A stretch of 64,000 bases of DNA from Trichinella spiralis (taxonomy: Eukaryota): assembly GCF_000181795.1 (NCBI RefSeq), contig NW_003526941.1:4887811-4951810 (forward strand), given 5' to 3'. Within the stretch, counting starts at the first letter, position 1; the number at the start of each line of letters is the position of its first letter. The notes beneath the pieces were generated by a model. That model did no database searches. It was not told the DNA's origin and worked only from the letters and a program-made list of their open reading frames with translations. Shown in pieces: positions 1-14,126 of this stretch. The position numbers were made by a program, and so were the translations under genes.

Positions 1-223
1 AAGCCAAACCGTCGCAGTTGATCAACTGTTTGTGCTTTTTCACGCATTCCAACGAGCAACTTCTCGCTTGACATGCCGGACAACAGTATCTGGCGTTCTT
101 TTTGCAAACATCGCAATGCTTGTTGTCAAAAGTTGGCTTGCTGTTCTTCTTCTTCTGGTTCAATAATTCTTCCAAACTGCTGATGACATCTTCATCATCG
201 GATGATTCGCAATTGGAAAACAT
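1..223 (-). CDS. ZNHIT6: Box C/D snoRNA assembly protein (zf-HIT), 5' part only; runs off the window start
   Basis: Manual minus-strand translation from ATG at 223: MFSNCESSDDEDVISSLEELLNQKKKNSKPTFDNKHCDVCKKNARYCCPACQARSCSLECVKKHKQLINCDGLA. The CxxC...YxCPxC...SCSLxCVKKHK...CxG pattern matches the ZNHIT6/Bcd1 zinc finger. Not in the ORF track. Confidence 0.85.
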   Translation of the reverse strand, partial: MFSNCESSDDEDVISSLEELLNQKKKNSKPTFDNKHCDVCKKNARYCCPACQARSCSLECVKKHKQLINCDGLA

Positions 224-418
224 CTATTTATCCAATCACTGCACATGTAAATATATATATAATCAACATTTATCAAATAAAAAATATGCAAATATTCAAG
301 TACAATTACTCGTGAATCGAAAAAAAAGAAAATTATCATTTTTTAAAGTCAATTATTTTTAAATTTATTCATTGAAGATGAAACAAAAAACAGAAGATGA
401 AAACCAAGACAATAATAA

Positions 419-2019
419 TCAGTCGTCGCAAAATTCAGACTTCAAGTACATCGTTGGTACAGGACGACCAGCTCTGCGCGCATCTTCCAATACTTCTTTA
501 TCCCAGCTGAAGAAGAGCAAAGCAGCCGGAGCTAAGCCGAGCTCGTTGATAGATTTTTCTCCCATATCCACCAACGAAGCACCACTGGCGGAGAACATCC
601 GCAACTGATAAGGTATCCAATCGCAGCTCAGCACACTGTTCACAAAGTCGATGACCGAAGAAAATTTTTCCGACGAATTGAAAGTGCCCTGCAACAATAT
701 GCATTACACAATTTATAAATATATATCCATACAATAAACCAAGACAACAACAACACACCTCCAAAATATGGTCGTCTGGAAATCGAATTTTCAACAACGT
801 GTACACGTATGTAGTGTTGGACATTTTTTCGTCCTTTTCACGCATGCTTTTCGTACGCAACGTCAGCATCTTCTCCATTTGTTCCGTGAGATTGTTCTGC
901 TCTTGCAAAATTTCACTTGCAGTTCTTACGAAAAAACTATCCGGAACCGAAGACACGCTAATCGGCTTTTCAACATTCGCTTTGTAGATTTTTCGATTGC
1001 GATGCAACTTCAACTTCACCGCCTCGCCCGACAGCAAACAGTCCATTGCCAAAGTTAACCGTTCCACATCTGCTGCTACCGATTGTTCAATGGATAAATA
1101 TTTTTCATTATTCTAAAGAGGAATATTAAAAGAAAAAAGATTTTTTTCTGCTTTTTTGAAAATGACTTACTTCGTCCACTTCATTAAAACCAACCGCATG
1201 CAAAAATTCCAAAGCCCCTTTCACCGGAAGCACTTTCTCTTCGAATATCTTGTTGGCCATACGAATGCGACGGTATTTTTCTTCATCACCTTTTTCCAAT
1301 AAATTTCCCAGATATTTTTTCAACACTGCCACAACTTCGGCTGAACGAGTCGACGAATTCAACGAATAAATCATGATCGACGACGCAATCAACGGCTCTT
1401 GTTCCAAACAATCCCGCAAATGGTCTTCGACCGCCTTGATCAACTGCTCTTTCGGCAAAACCACATCATCACCCAATAGATCACAAGTGAAAAAAATATC
1501 ACACAAAGCCAAAGGACCCGCAACTTCGACAATTTCAGGTTGATCATTTTTTTCATTCGATTTCTCCACCCCTTCAGAAAATTCCAACTGACGACGTGCC
1601 TGTAAAAAACAAATACATGATAATAATAAATTCACCCATTTACCCCAATGATCAACAAATCCACCCACCTCCTGTACAATAGCACGTCTGGACCTGGAAA
1701 TGGCATCCTTGGACTGTTGGGCGATGCAACGCTTCAACGCAGCTTCTTCAGCTTTTTGCCTCGCTTCGGCTGCAAGTTTCTTTTCCGCTTCACTTTTTGG
1801 CTGAAGGTTAGATTGCTTCAGAAGAAAAAACAAATATAACAAATATCCACTTGGATGAACAAAACTACCCCAACTCACCGGTTCAACACGTTCCGACTGA
1901 GTGGCTGATGTCGAACGCGCACCTCTCGACTGAGTTTGATTGAGTCTACGAGGTGGACCTGCTTTTCTAAATTTCGCTGCCGCTTTCTTCTTTTCGACCA
2001 ACTTGCGAATTTTATCCAT
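419..2019 (-). CDS. UBXN6: UBX domain-containing protein 6 (PUB + UBX p97/CDC48 cofactor), multi-exon
   Basis: N-terminal KFRKAGPPRRL; PUB domain (KYLGNL...EEKYRRIRMANKIFEEKVLPVKGALEFLHAVGF); LRTKSMRE; UBX domain (LLKIRFPDDHILEGTF...ELGLAPAALLFFSW). ATG at 2019, TGA at 419-421, several short introns. Confidence 0.9.
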
Positions 2020-5000
2020 CGCTGACAACAACTGCAATTGATTTCAATTTTAAAATCAACTACAACTGTTGAAATCAAACGGCCAACCAGTAGTAATTTC
2101 AAAGAAAACCAAATAGAAAAGTAGCTTCTTTTAATCTTCTTTGCAATGTACAGTCGACTCTTTGGCAGGTTGAAGAAAAACACGACAAATTTGTGATTGA
2201 TAAATTTTCCAAGCAAAATTAAGAACCAATAATATGATCAAAATAAAAATAACAATTATTGAACAAACTTTCGTTTGAACATCTGCATTATTTGAACTGA
2301 ACAATGCTTTAAATTCGAATGGTAAATAAAAATCACCCATTTACCCAAACAAGTCTACTATCAAAGTTTCAATTGATTTTCAAGCAGAATTCAATTTTAC
2401 AGTAATTTTACAAAAATGAATTTCACATCAAATGTTCGAACTGTATGGTGTTGATTTATAATTTTAAAAATTTACATTTTACACAATTAAATTCTTCTGA
2501 AATGTTAATTATAATAAAATATTTCAAGAAATAATTTTCAAAATTTTATTGTTGACGATTGAAAATTGAAAAAATGACATTAATAATTAAATATTTTATT
2601 ATACGACAAAGATTATGAATTTTGTTTAAAAAAAAAGAAAAAGAATTTTAAGAATTTAAATTTAATGCATCCAAAAATTATTCATCTCAAATAATTTTAA
2701 AAAAAATAAATTTTCGTTTCAAATAATTATTTAATTAATTTTGAAATTATATAATACAGAATTATCCTTTAAATACAGTACACTAATTTTGTGCGGTTGC
2801 ATTTATTCGAAATGAATCATCTCGTACGTTTATCATCATTATTATTGTACGTCTTGTCGCGTCTCTTGGTTTGTTTACACTTGTTTGTGTTCACTTTAGT
2901 TTGCTGTTATTCTTTGAACACACGTCTGAATTTCAAGTTTCATTCAGTTTAATGTATTGATGGGTTTTTTTTTCTTTTTTCGACAAAAATTTATGATTTG
3001 AATTGTACTGTACTTTCTTGTTGTCTGCTTTTCTTTAAAATATATTTTAAATCTGTGAATTGAGTTGAGTATTTTTGAAATCCGCGCCAGCTTGATGCCA
3101 TTCGGCAGCTGCTGAGTTCGAAATTCTTGGCAGTTGATGATGGCTAAACGTGTTTGCTTTTATTCACACAAGTGAGCCATGCTATTCTCATTATATTAAT
3201 ACTCTTCGCTTTCTCTCTTATACTACTGCTACTACTACTACGAAGAAGTAAGTGTTCGCAGAATTTGCCAGTTGGCAAATTTATATGTTATTTTTCAATT
3301 CATTCTCTCCAATATTAGAAGAATATCGATTAATTTGTTTGTAAAGATTCACTTTTAATTAATAATTATATATATTGTTTTTCTATATCCAAATTGAAGT
3401 ATAGATTGGAACAATTATTTCATGGTTGAAACAAAAAATCTCTGAATGCCAACCAAACAAGACGGCTTGTATTATACAATTTCCGGTTCAGTGGAGAAAG
3501 ATTGCACAAAAATCTCGGTCACCATTTGCAAAGCATCTGCTTTTTGTTCCATTAGACAGCAGGTGCGTTCTTTCTTTTTTTTAATAATATTTTTTTGTCT
3601 TCTTCCTCCCAATAATGTTGGGCAATATGTATAACCTTGTGTTTTGGGATGGTTTTTATTTTATCAACGCAAATTGAATCCATTAGAAAAAAAAGTGGGT
3701 CTCGCAGATTGTTCATGCATTGGCTTGATTTTTTCCATATTTTATACATTCGTCACTTTTCACTGCGCCAGCGAAATTATCCACTTGTTTTGTTTGTGTT
3801 TGTGGAATTTGCATTTTCAACCAACCGCCAACATCCTTTTCATTCATCCATTCAACCATAACTGTCACGTGATATCCCACCATTTTCCATCGATGGATGA
3901 TTCATCACTTTTTTAAACTTATAATTTGTCGAAAAAAGAAGAAAAAAAAAATTTTTTTTCTCGACTTTTCTTCCTTTCGCCAGTTTTCTGTTTGCTTTTT
4001 CTTTCCACTTTATCGTAGACGTTCATTGTTCTGATAAGCGTTCGTTCAATTTTCAACACTGACCGCTGTTCTGTTCTGTGCATCTATTGAACGTCGAACA
4101 ACACCAATATTGAAATGTTAATCAACAACTTCTTTTTTTTTGAATTACTATTTTATTCTTCTTCTTCTTCCTCGTACGTAAAGATTGACTTTTATAAAAA
4201 AAATTTGCATTTCTTTTATATTTGATCGACAATGTTCACTTTTACTTTGTTTTTTTTTATGAAAATGATTTGTTCGAATATCACAAATATATAAACGTGC
4301 TACAGTTGAACATTCGAACAGTCTACTGGCTTTTGTCAGATTATTTTTTCCCCCACTTCTCTCAATGTATACTGTAAACTTTTTTTTATTTTCAAGTCTA
4401 CATTCTACTGTGCAGTGTTTGGTATTTTTCAACGAATCGTCGGTATTGTTTTCTTTTTTCTCTTCTTCTCCGTCAAATTCAAATCTAGTTTTCTTCTTTC
4501 TTTCCTCTGGTCGGCTAAATTAAAATTTCAATTTCTACTCAACAGATAATCTAATAACAATTAGAATTGTAATCAATATTTAATTTAATATTTTTTATTT
4601 TATACTTAATCGCATAGAATTTAATATTAACGTGTTTGTTGTATGAATGAGATTGCGAATAATAATAATAATTGTCAGCGTTTAGTTTGACAGACAGATG
4701 GTTATTTCAATTTTGATAATTGGAGATTTTCAAGAAAAAAAAAGACCAATATTTCTACTTTTGTTATTATTGCACATTTTTCAATTGTACCTGAACCCCG
4801 GTGGATTAGTGAGTATCAATTTGAAATTATCATATATATATATATTATCAACGAGCGAATTTGCTTTATGAATATTTCAATAGCGAATGTATAAATATTA
4901 TCGGTTTCGATTTCAATAGCAAAGTAGCATTTTTATTCAATCCAATGCAACATTTGTAATTGTATAATAACGTTGAATTGGTGAGAGTATTTTTTTTTTC

Positions 5001-7538
5001 TTTCAAGGTATTTTGGTTCGTTTTTTTTCTTTTTTTCAGTTGAAACACAGTTTCAATTTTTTTTATTTATTATTTGTTTCATTTTGAATTGGTTTATATA
5101 AAAATAGCCTCTCCCCCAATGTATATGTATCATTAATAATAATAATGTTGTTGTTGTTGTTGTTAAAATTTTCTTCCTGTTCGATTTTTCCTTTTTCCAC
5201 AATGTTGAAGTGAACTGATTAGTCGGAAAATTGGTCTAGAACTTTTTCTTGCAATTTTCTTCGCGCCTGAAAATTGTCGCGTTCGCTAGGCGGCAATCGA
5301 TAAAACCGCAGACAGAGATGGAGAATAGAATTTGTGTTTTGTTTCGATTAAATCCAAATCGCGGTCGTCGTTTGGTCGGCAAGAAAATCTGTCAAAATTT
5401 TCCACCAATCAAAAGTTGAAATTTTTCCACCCACGCGTTTTGTCGGTTGGGGAAATTTGAAAATGGAACCGGCGTCGGTTGGTGACAAGTGGTTTAAAAT
5501 TGCTTTTTCAGTTTTAGCTTTAATTTCATTTGTCCAATTTCTAGAACTTGGGCATTTGCGTGCCAAGTCTTCGTTTTCAATGTATTTATTATTCTTAAAT
5601 GGAGAAATAAGCAGCAGTCGTGTTGTTGTTGTTGTTGTTGCACGCTTCGATAATTCTTCTTCTTGGATCGAAATTGAAAATGAACAATATTATAGTTGTT
5701 GTTGTTGTTTGGATTTATTTATTTATTTATTTTTATCCAAATTTATCAATTTTCTTCTTGTTCTTTTTGTCGATATTGGAGACAAGATCAACTTGGAGTA
5801 AAAATTATCATCAGTAATGTGAGTAAAAGAAAAACGTGTGGTGTAAAATTAATTATTTTTTAAAAAATTCTCAGACCGTTCTACGCGTCATATGACATAT
5901 ATATATATTTATTTATATGCTTGCTGTACTTATTTGCATGTTGTAATCGGTGAAGTGGAAATTCCAACCAGTGGAAAAGTTGATCATTGCACAAGTTGGC
6001 TCCCCGGTTCCGGCCTTCATTTTTGGATAATTATACCAACAATGGCTGCAGTTCGCGTCGTATCGTCCACGGGTCGGCTCGTGTCCGCTTTTCTATGCAG
6101 GTCAACGAAAAATAGTTGCCCTTAGCTGTACAGTTTGTAATTCATACGCTGTCACTGATAAAACATCTGATGGACAGTTATCCTGTTCAACTTATTGTAT
6201 TCGGTTCGATAATAGCCAGTCAATCGGGCGCCGGTTGGGTCGAAGCGTGTAATTTGATCGGCTGGCCGAAGTGACTGTTTTAATTTCTTTTTTTCGCCTC
6301 ATTCTTTTTGGTCCATTCAGCTCGGTTCGGTCGGCCGGTCATTTGATTGGCTAGTTGTTGATTGGTTGGTTTGTTGGCTAGTATTAACGATCATTAGCGT
6401 TGTCGATTGGTTGGTTGAAAGGGGACACCTTCGACGGGGGGGGGAGGCTTTTGTGCTCGGTCCATCTGCGTTATTGTTCCCCCCCCCCTCTCTCTACCCC
6501 CGAGCCGTGCCACTAATCCCGACAGCCTCTTGTCGCTTTATTCCAATTCTCTGGTTTTGTGTACTCATCTCACGCGTCACCTTTGGTCAATATTTGTCAT
6601 CACTACTACTGTACCAACGTGTATTGCTTTTTTCTCTCATCTCTAATTTATTCAAGTGTATTTTTTTTCTTTTTTAATTATTTTAAAAGTGAAACAAAAA
6701 TGTGAAAAATTATTCCAATTTTGCATTTGCATGCAAATGCAGATTTGATTTTCGCAAACAATTGTTGAAAAATTTGATCGTCTTTCTTCATTTGAATTTG
6801 CCAAACAAGCATGGCGTGGATAAACGACCAATTTTGCTATTGCCACTGCTGCTGCTGCTGCTGATGCACTTTACGATGTCGGTTCGGATGTAGAGAGTAA
6901 AGCACTGGCATATCCTTGAAATGTCATCAACGCCTGACGTGCTTGACCTCCCGAAGGCTGCATGTGATGATGTCGTTGTCAGTAGTAGTAGTAGTAAGTT
7001 GTTGTTCTTGTTATTATTGTCATTTTGATCATCACGCAGGCCAGTGTTGTGTCTTCTATTAAGGCAGAGAAAGACATCAGTTGAATGACTTGGGATGTTT
7101 CAATTATGCTTTAATGTTTGTGTGTTTGTTGTTGGTCATTTTCCGATTGTGTGCATATTATTCATTCATTTTCATTATCGTCTCGTATTTCTTCTCTTTC
7201 TGGATTTTTTTTGCTTCTTTCATCAACTTTGCCGTCTGAACAACAGATGTTGAACAACGTCGGCTGCTGTCCTGTTGACATGTCTACATCCCTCCGGGTC
7301 GTTAGCGGTTATGTCTACAACCCCAGACGTGGCCACAGACTCACAAAATGCACACCGACAAACGGGTCATCTTTTTTCTATTCGCTACCGGTGTACAAAT
7401 TGAATCAAACTGCTGTTGTCGCGTATTTTTCGCGAATATTAAAAAATGGAAATGTATTTTTTTTTCTTCTTTTTTTTCAGGGTATTATTTTATTTCCATT
7501 GAAGAAGATAGAACGTCCGCGCCGAGCGTGGTGGCGGC

Positions 7539-10500
7539 ATGGCGTTGTTGTTGTTCTTGTTCTTGTTAGTAGCAGTATTAGCAACTTCTAGCCACGCCCA
7601 GTATGGTTTGCCGGATGCGGTTGCCAGTGTGGGACGTTTGTTCAACTATGATCTACCTAATTTGGATCCCGCTACGAAATTTCATCAGGTTCGATTTTTT
7701 TTCGAAAATTTCCATCCATCCATATATTATCATAAATTGATTTTAAGTTTTCCGAAATTGGTGGCGATGGTTTGCCACTGTGGCTCGAATGGGACAAAAA
7801 AGAAAGCACGTTGGCCGGTGTGCCGATGGTCAACGACAACGGGCCGATGTATATAGCGGTGAAATTTGCCAACGGCTCGCGGGATGTTTTCGCCATTGAC
7901 GTTCGCGATCCGGACGAGCCGTGCGATTCGACCACCACCGGCACAGTTGAACGCGTCTACGCGGTTTTGCCGATGGATGTGAACCTGGATCAACTGTTGC
8001 CAGCCGAGCGTGTGCTTCTGATGAAATTGGCCAACAGGCGTTGGTCAACAGTTGTCCGAACTGGTCAGTTGACGTTGGGTAATTGGCGACTTTTCAAAAC
8101 TGCCCAACGGATCTGGTCGAATGCCGACCCATTGAAGCCCGACTTGTCGATTCAAGATTCCGAAGCAGTTTTCTACTGGACGGTCGCTTGCCAGATGCCG
8201 TTGAAAGCGAACGAAACGAAACTGATCGCTCAACTTGCCCAACAGACCCAAAATACCCCGACGGAAAAGATGCAATTTCTGTTGCCGGATTTTAACAAAA
8301 AAATCACCATCAAAGGCTTGCTGCTGGTCAAGTGGGAAATTTCGAATTTGAGAACCAAACGCCAATTTGACGACGATTATTCTCGTTATTTGGCTTCACG
8401 TTTTGGTCACGCACGTTTCACTACTGAACTTTATCCACAAACTACAACGGTAAGTCTGTTTTTCTCTTTTGTTTTTATTTTTATTTGCTTTAACTTTAAA
8501 CGAGCATTTTCTCAATAATTATAATAATAATAATATTGCTATCATCTACATGATATAATCAATATTATTGTTATTATTACTATTATTATTAGTCATTTTT
8601 ATTGGGCATTCAACGTTTGATACTGGTTTTTCTTTCTGCATAATTTGTGGTTGCTTGATCAACTGGAATATGATATGATAATTTGCCAAGGTGCGAATTT
8701 GTAATTGAAATGTCGAAATCGTTGAACCTTGGCTTGTCAGCTTTTATTATCATTTTCATCACTTATCCTTTGCAAAATTGTTGTTTCGCACAAAATCGAC
8801 AAAGTCGAATTTTCAACGATAAGTACAAAGAAAAATATACACAAGTTTCTATTATTGATATACATAAACGAAACATGATTTTCAACAGGCAGATATTTCA
8901 GTTTAGCTTTTTTTTTCTTTTGTTTCTTTTTATTCTACTTTGATACATTTTATCCATCCAATCTTCCTTCCATTCAGCGGAATTGTTTTTATTCATTATA
9001 ATTTCTTGCAATCAACTGAGAAATGTGCTTTGCATTTATAATATATTGAAAATGTTGGGGGGGCTATTTTTAGATTAAGCTACAAGTGCATTTAGCAGTT
9101 GGAAGCAGAACGCACGGCAAGCATAATTTTGTTATATTTTGAATAGAGTTAAATAAGAACTGTTTCGCTGGTGAATAAAATTACTTGGGAGAGAAATAAA
9201 CGAGCACAGACGAGAAAATGCTTATTATTATCATTATCATTATTGACTGACACAGTCAAGCTAGTAAGTAAGCTATTAGTTGGTTAGCTGGTTAGCTAGC
9301 TGGCTGTTGTGTTGCTAGTGCTACTGGAGCTTGCTTTAATTTTAAAAGCTCAGACTCGGTCAGTTTCTCTGTGGTGCAACAACTTTTAAAAATTTTTCGT
9401 TAATGTTCGCTTGTTTGCTAATTGATAAAGTGGCTTTTTATTTGTTCAATACTATACAAGCCATTATCACCATTAACGCTGCCGCCGATGCAAAACAAAA
9501 CATCTATAATGTAACATTTGTGAAATTATTTCAACAATTTTATCAGTTTAAAATTGTATTAAAAATGGAACAAGAAAACAAAAAATAAATAAATATTCCT
9601 TTTTCTTTTATTTTAAACATAAATAGTTATCATTGGTAGCTTTTATATTGTTGTTGTTGTTGTAAAAGTATCTATTCGAATAGTTTTCATTCCAATTTTT
9701 GTTGCACTCAAATAAATTTGTTCGATGATGATAAATTTTTTTTACATAACTAAAGATGTAATTGTTACTTTTGGAATGAAAATTTTTTTTCAAAAAAGAA
9801 TGGAACGAGTCATTCATTGGGGAGGGGAATTTGCAATTTGAGATGAAGTGGTTCAGGGAAACTTGTTGTTTTAGAAATAGAAAAAGCAAAATTGAAAAAA
9901 TTTGAATTTGCATATCTTTCTACTTAACTAGATGTCTGTGTTTGTTCGATTTTTCACACAACTGCTACCGTTGGCGAGGAGATTCTATGATAAAATAAAC
10001 GCGCATTTGTATTATCGCAAATTGAACGATATCACAGTGTTGGTAGAATTTCGGCTTCGCTTTTCTTCCGCTAATATAAGATAATTGACCGTCAGTCTGA
10101 CAATGAGCATGAACGATTGTCGCCTTATTATTATACACATAGATATTGGTGAAATGATTAACAACGGCGTTGCATTGTGCAACGGAAATGGTCTATCATT
10201 AAATATTGCTTTTTGTCTTTTTATGTAAATGTCTCCTTGAAAATGCTCTCTTACTTCTGGAGTTAAATAGATCGAATAGGGTTGTTTTGAAATGATGACA
10301 AAGCAAAATGTTGTGATGGTAGTTTGAGATTGCAAATAACACACACACACACTGTGATAATTTTAGACTCGAAGACCATTTACATTTCCACCCCGGAGAC
10401 CTCCAGTCCAAAGCATTCGACCAACATCCAGAATTGATTATGGCTCGACCACGGCAACGACCACATCTCCCACGCCCAGTCGATTTACTGCTACTCTTCG

Positions 10501-13072
10501 GCCAGTGACGACGGATCGTGAATCTCCGAAAATTGAAGTCCATCTTACACGTACAACTCCAACCGTTACTACGTCGCCTTTCAAATTGGATGAAAACAGC
10601 AGACCGAAAGTCCAAAAGAGTTTAGGTAATATAATTTATTTAATTTCAATTTTTATTTTATTTTATTTTTTTAAAAATATTCTCCTCTAGGTACGGTTGT
10701 CTGTTACAAAGGAGTTGTATGCGAAGTACGCATTCCGGATGACACGTTCTACGATCGCGAAGATGGTAGTACTGTCATGTTGGAATTGTCATTGACAGCT
10801 TTGGATGGTGGTAACAAAAGTCATTCGGATTGGATCTATTTGGATAAATTGGACCGAACGTTGTATGGATTGAATTTGAACACCGGCCAATGGCAGTATT
10901 CACTGACGGCAACTGACAGTGCAGGCAGTGCAGTGTCGGATGCGTTTGCCATACAAGTTGTGGAACCAAGTCACGAAACTGACCATGCCCATTATAATCA
11001 TCATTTCACAGTCACTTTGTCTGAACAACTGGACAAGCTAAGGTAAGATCTTATTATTATTCTTTTTAAATATTCTATTTTGTTGTTTTTCATCTTTTGA
11101 AAATATTTCAAAGTGATTTTTAGTTATGTTCATAAATCAATTTACTCTTTCTTTATGATGGAGAGTGATTAGTATCAGTGAATTGTCGAAGAAGTTATTA
11201 TTATTATTATTATTCACTTAGGCAAATGATTAATTGTACGTCCCTGGCTAAGGTCGGGTCATGTACGACGGAAAATGCGCGCCACGAATGCCAAATTTCA
11301 TTTATTCATTATCATTTTTATTATTCATTCATTCATTTATATTTATTAGCGGATGATACCAACGACAGAAAAAATTTGACCGACAATCCACTGTTGATAC
11401 TTTTTAATTTAACATATTTATCAACCCTGTGCTTAAATTTTGGCATATTTTTAAGGTTGTTAAGAAATATATGTATATTATATAATCACTCAGTATTTTT
11501 CATTTTTTTAACTTTAAACAAATTGTTTTTCCGTTTTTCGGTTTGTTACTGCTTTCTGCAAACACAGAAAAACATTATGATGTTGTTAATTTCTGTTTTT
11601 TTTTGGAAATAACATTATTGTGAACATGTTGAGATTAATTTTCACGAGAAAATAGATGTCTATTGAAATTGTCGGAAATGAACTGAAAAATAATCTGTAA
11701 ATTGATTCGAAACAGATGCTGGTCGTTTCTTTTCATTTATATAAATTTCATCTTATTGATATCAACACATGGCATTATGAGCTTAAAAGATGAGCACTGT
11801 CATCTGTTTGTCAAATTTATGAATCATCAACGTCCATTTATGACTCGATCTGTTCTTTCTGCTCAATGGGGGCAGTGGATGAAAAAGAAGAAACGCGCTG
11901 CCCTTGAACATAATTGATATTATAAAAAAAATCTATACAATTTTGGATGTCCATCATATGTATATTTAGGGGGAAAAATTGAACTGAAAAATATCTTCTA
12001 CCACCACTATTGCTGTTAATGAATAATTATTATGATTAATAAGTAATTAATAATTAGTAATGTATTATTGATGATGTGTTGTGATGAGAGTGTGATTAAT
12101 ATTAATTTTCATTTATTTCAGTGTGCATCCAACAACTTTGGTGAAATTGGTGTCGAAGCTTGCGGAATTTTTTGGCGATTTAAGTCCGAGTGCGATTGTG
12201 GTTCGCTCTCTGAAGTCCGGTTCAACGGTGCTCGAATGGAGCAATGGCACTTTGTTCGATTCAGCGTGTCCACGTTCGGATATTGGCAAGTTGACGTCAA
12301 AAATGCGACGCAAAGGTGGTGGTGTGAAGAGCGATTTTTATCGCTTTATGAAACCTGAATTTACCGTAACTGATGTTGATGTCGCTTTTCACGGAGCCTG
12401 CTCGGATGATGCAAGTCGAATGAAATCCGATGATGAAAAAGAAGAGGAAGAGGTAAAATTGTGAATATATATTGGAATGGTTTGTTGTTTTTTTAAATTT
12501 AATATATTTTTAAGATTCCAATGGTTTTGGCACAGCCTGAAGAAGGCGGAAACGCGTTGATGTCGACCGTGTTGCCGGCGATCATTATTATTGTATTGTT
12601 GGTGATTGCTGGCGTGATTGCCTGCTTGTACTACAGAAGAAGCAGATCGACGGCCAAAAAGCACGAAGAAGTGGAGAAGAAGTTCTTGTCCAAAGGTACA
12701 CCGATAATTTTCCCTGACGAGGTGGACGGTGACGAGGAGTGCACAGCCACGTCGCCGATGTTGCTCAAAGAGGACAAGCCCCCGACGCCGATGACCGAAC
12801 TCAGCTCGTTTCAGCCGACCAGCTTGAACGGTTCCTCGACCCCGAAATCGACCAAGGCTAACAACAGCACCAACAGCTATGCCGAGGTAAGGAAGCAGCC
12901 GGCGACGACGACCGCTGCTTCCTCTGACGACGGAAGTTGTCCCAGAATAACGGAAAATCCGCTCTATCGACCACCGCCCCCCTTCGACTCGGCTCGTCTA
13001 GCCGACAGGAGCCCCAAACCACGCCATACCAACGCACCGTTCCGTGAACCTCCGCCATACGTGCCACCATAA
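7539..13072 (+). CDS. DAG1: Dystroglycan; exons ~7539-7688, 7748-8449, 10367-10625, 10691-11042, 12122-12452, 12515-13072
   Basis: Signal peptide; cadherin-like domains (DAVASVGRLF, LPLWLEWD, IPDDTFYDREDG, LTATDSAG); Thr/Pro-rich exon; SEA motif SGSTVLEWSN; TM segment (TVLPAIIIIVLLVIAGVIACLYYRR); KGTPIIFPDE; C-terminal PPPYVPP*. Splice phases are consistent across all introns. Confidence 0.93.
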
Positions 13073-14126
13073 ATACACAAACTACATACTTGCTGAAACC
13101 ACCACCATCATCATCTTTTCTCCTCTCTCTCTATATATAATTGGTCTATTTATCCGCTTTTATTGCTGGTTGCTTTTTATCGTCATCATCAATTCACGCA
13201 TCTCTCCTATATCTATTATTTACTTCAATACAAAAAGATGCTGCTCGTTTTTGTTTTTGTCACTTGAAAATTTTTTTAATTATCTGTTCCTTATTTGCAA
13301 TTTTTTTATCCCTGCTGCTTCTGCTTTCATTTTGATCAAGAAACAAACGAACTTTTTTTTATCATCTCACATTCACTCGTTGTTGTTGTTGTTCAGCATT
13401 GTTTTGCAGGTCTCTGAGTGACAACGTCGAAAGAAAGTTTGCAAATTTTTCATCGTTGTTTGTCTACCTACCATATCGGTACGTATCTTAACAACATCAT
13501 CATCCGATCTCGGGACCATCTCACGCAGCAACTTTGCTTGTCCTGTTTTGCTTTGCTTGCTTATTATATTATAATCACATCTACTTATTTATTTTAATGT
13601 ACCACCTTTTGCATATGAACAATACCATATATCGGGAATATCATCGTTTGGTTGATTTATTAAAACTTTATCCTCACTGGAGTGAAACTTGTTGCTGCTG
13701 ATAATAATTTGTATAATTTTCAAAACAATGAAAACTTGTAATGAACATTTTTCTGATGTGTTTAATCAACAGAATTTTGCTTGATACAATAGGGCAAATG
13801 ATCATAGTATTTATTACAAATGATTTCTCCAATTATTTATCTTGACAATCTTTACACTCATTATACTGTAAACATATTTTGAAATCTCTTTTCGCAATGA
13901 GTGAACAATCAAAGCAAGCTTTTTGCCCTGACAAATTATATTTTTTAAGCGTATATTATAGTTTATGTTGTTAAATGAATTTTGAATTTTATAAATTTTC
14001 GTAATTTACATGGTGCATATTGTGTTTCTTTCTGACAAGCTAAACGACGTTGGTTTGTCATGTGGTATTTTTTTGATTGTGATGTCAAATTTAGTGTCAG
14101 GAAATATTTTGATCGTTTAAAGAGAA

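Noticed and set aside
2040..7480. Many short F/L/I-rich ORFs upstream of dystroglycan
   Set aside because: Typical of AT-rich and microsatellite sequence; more likely promoter, 5' UTR exons and introns.
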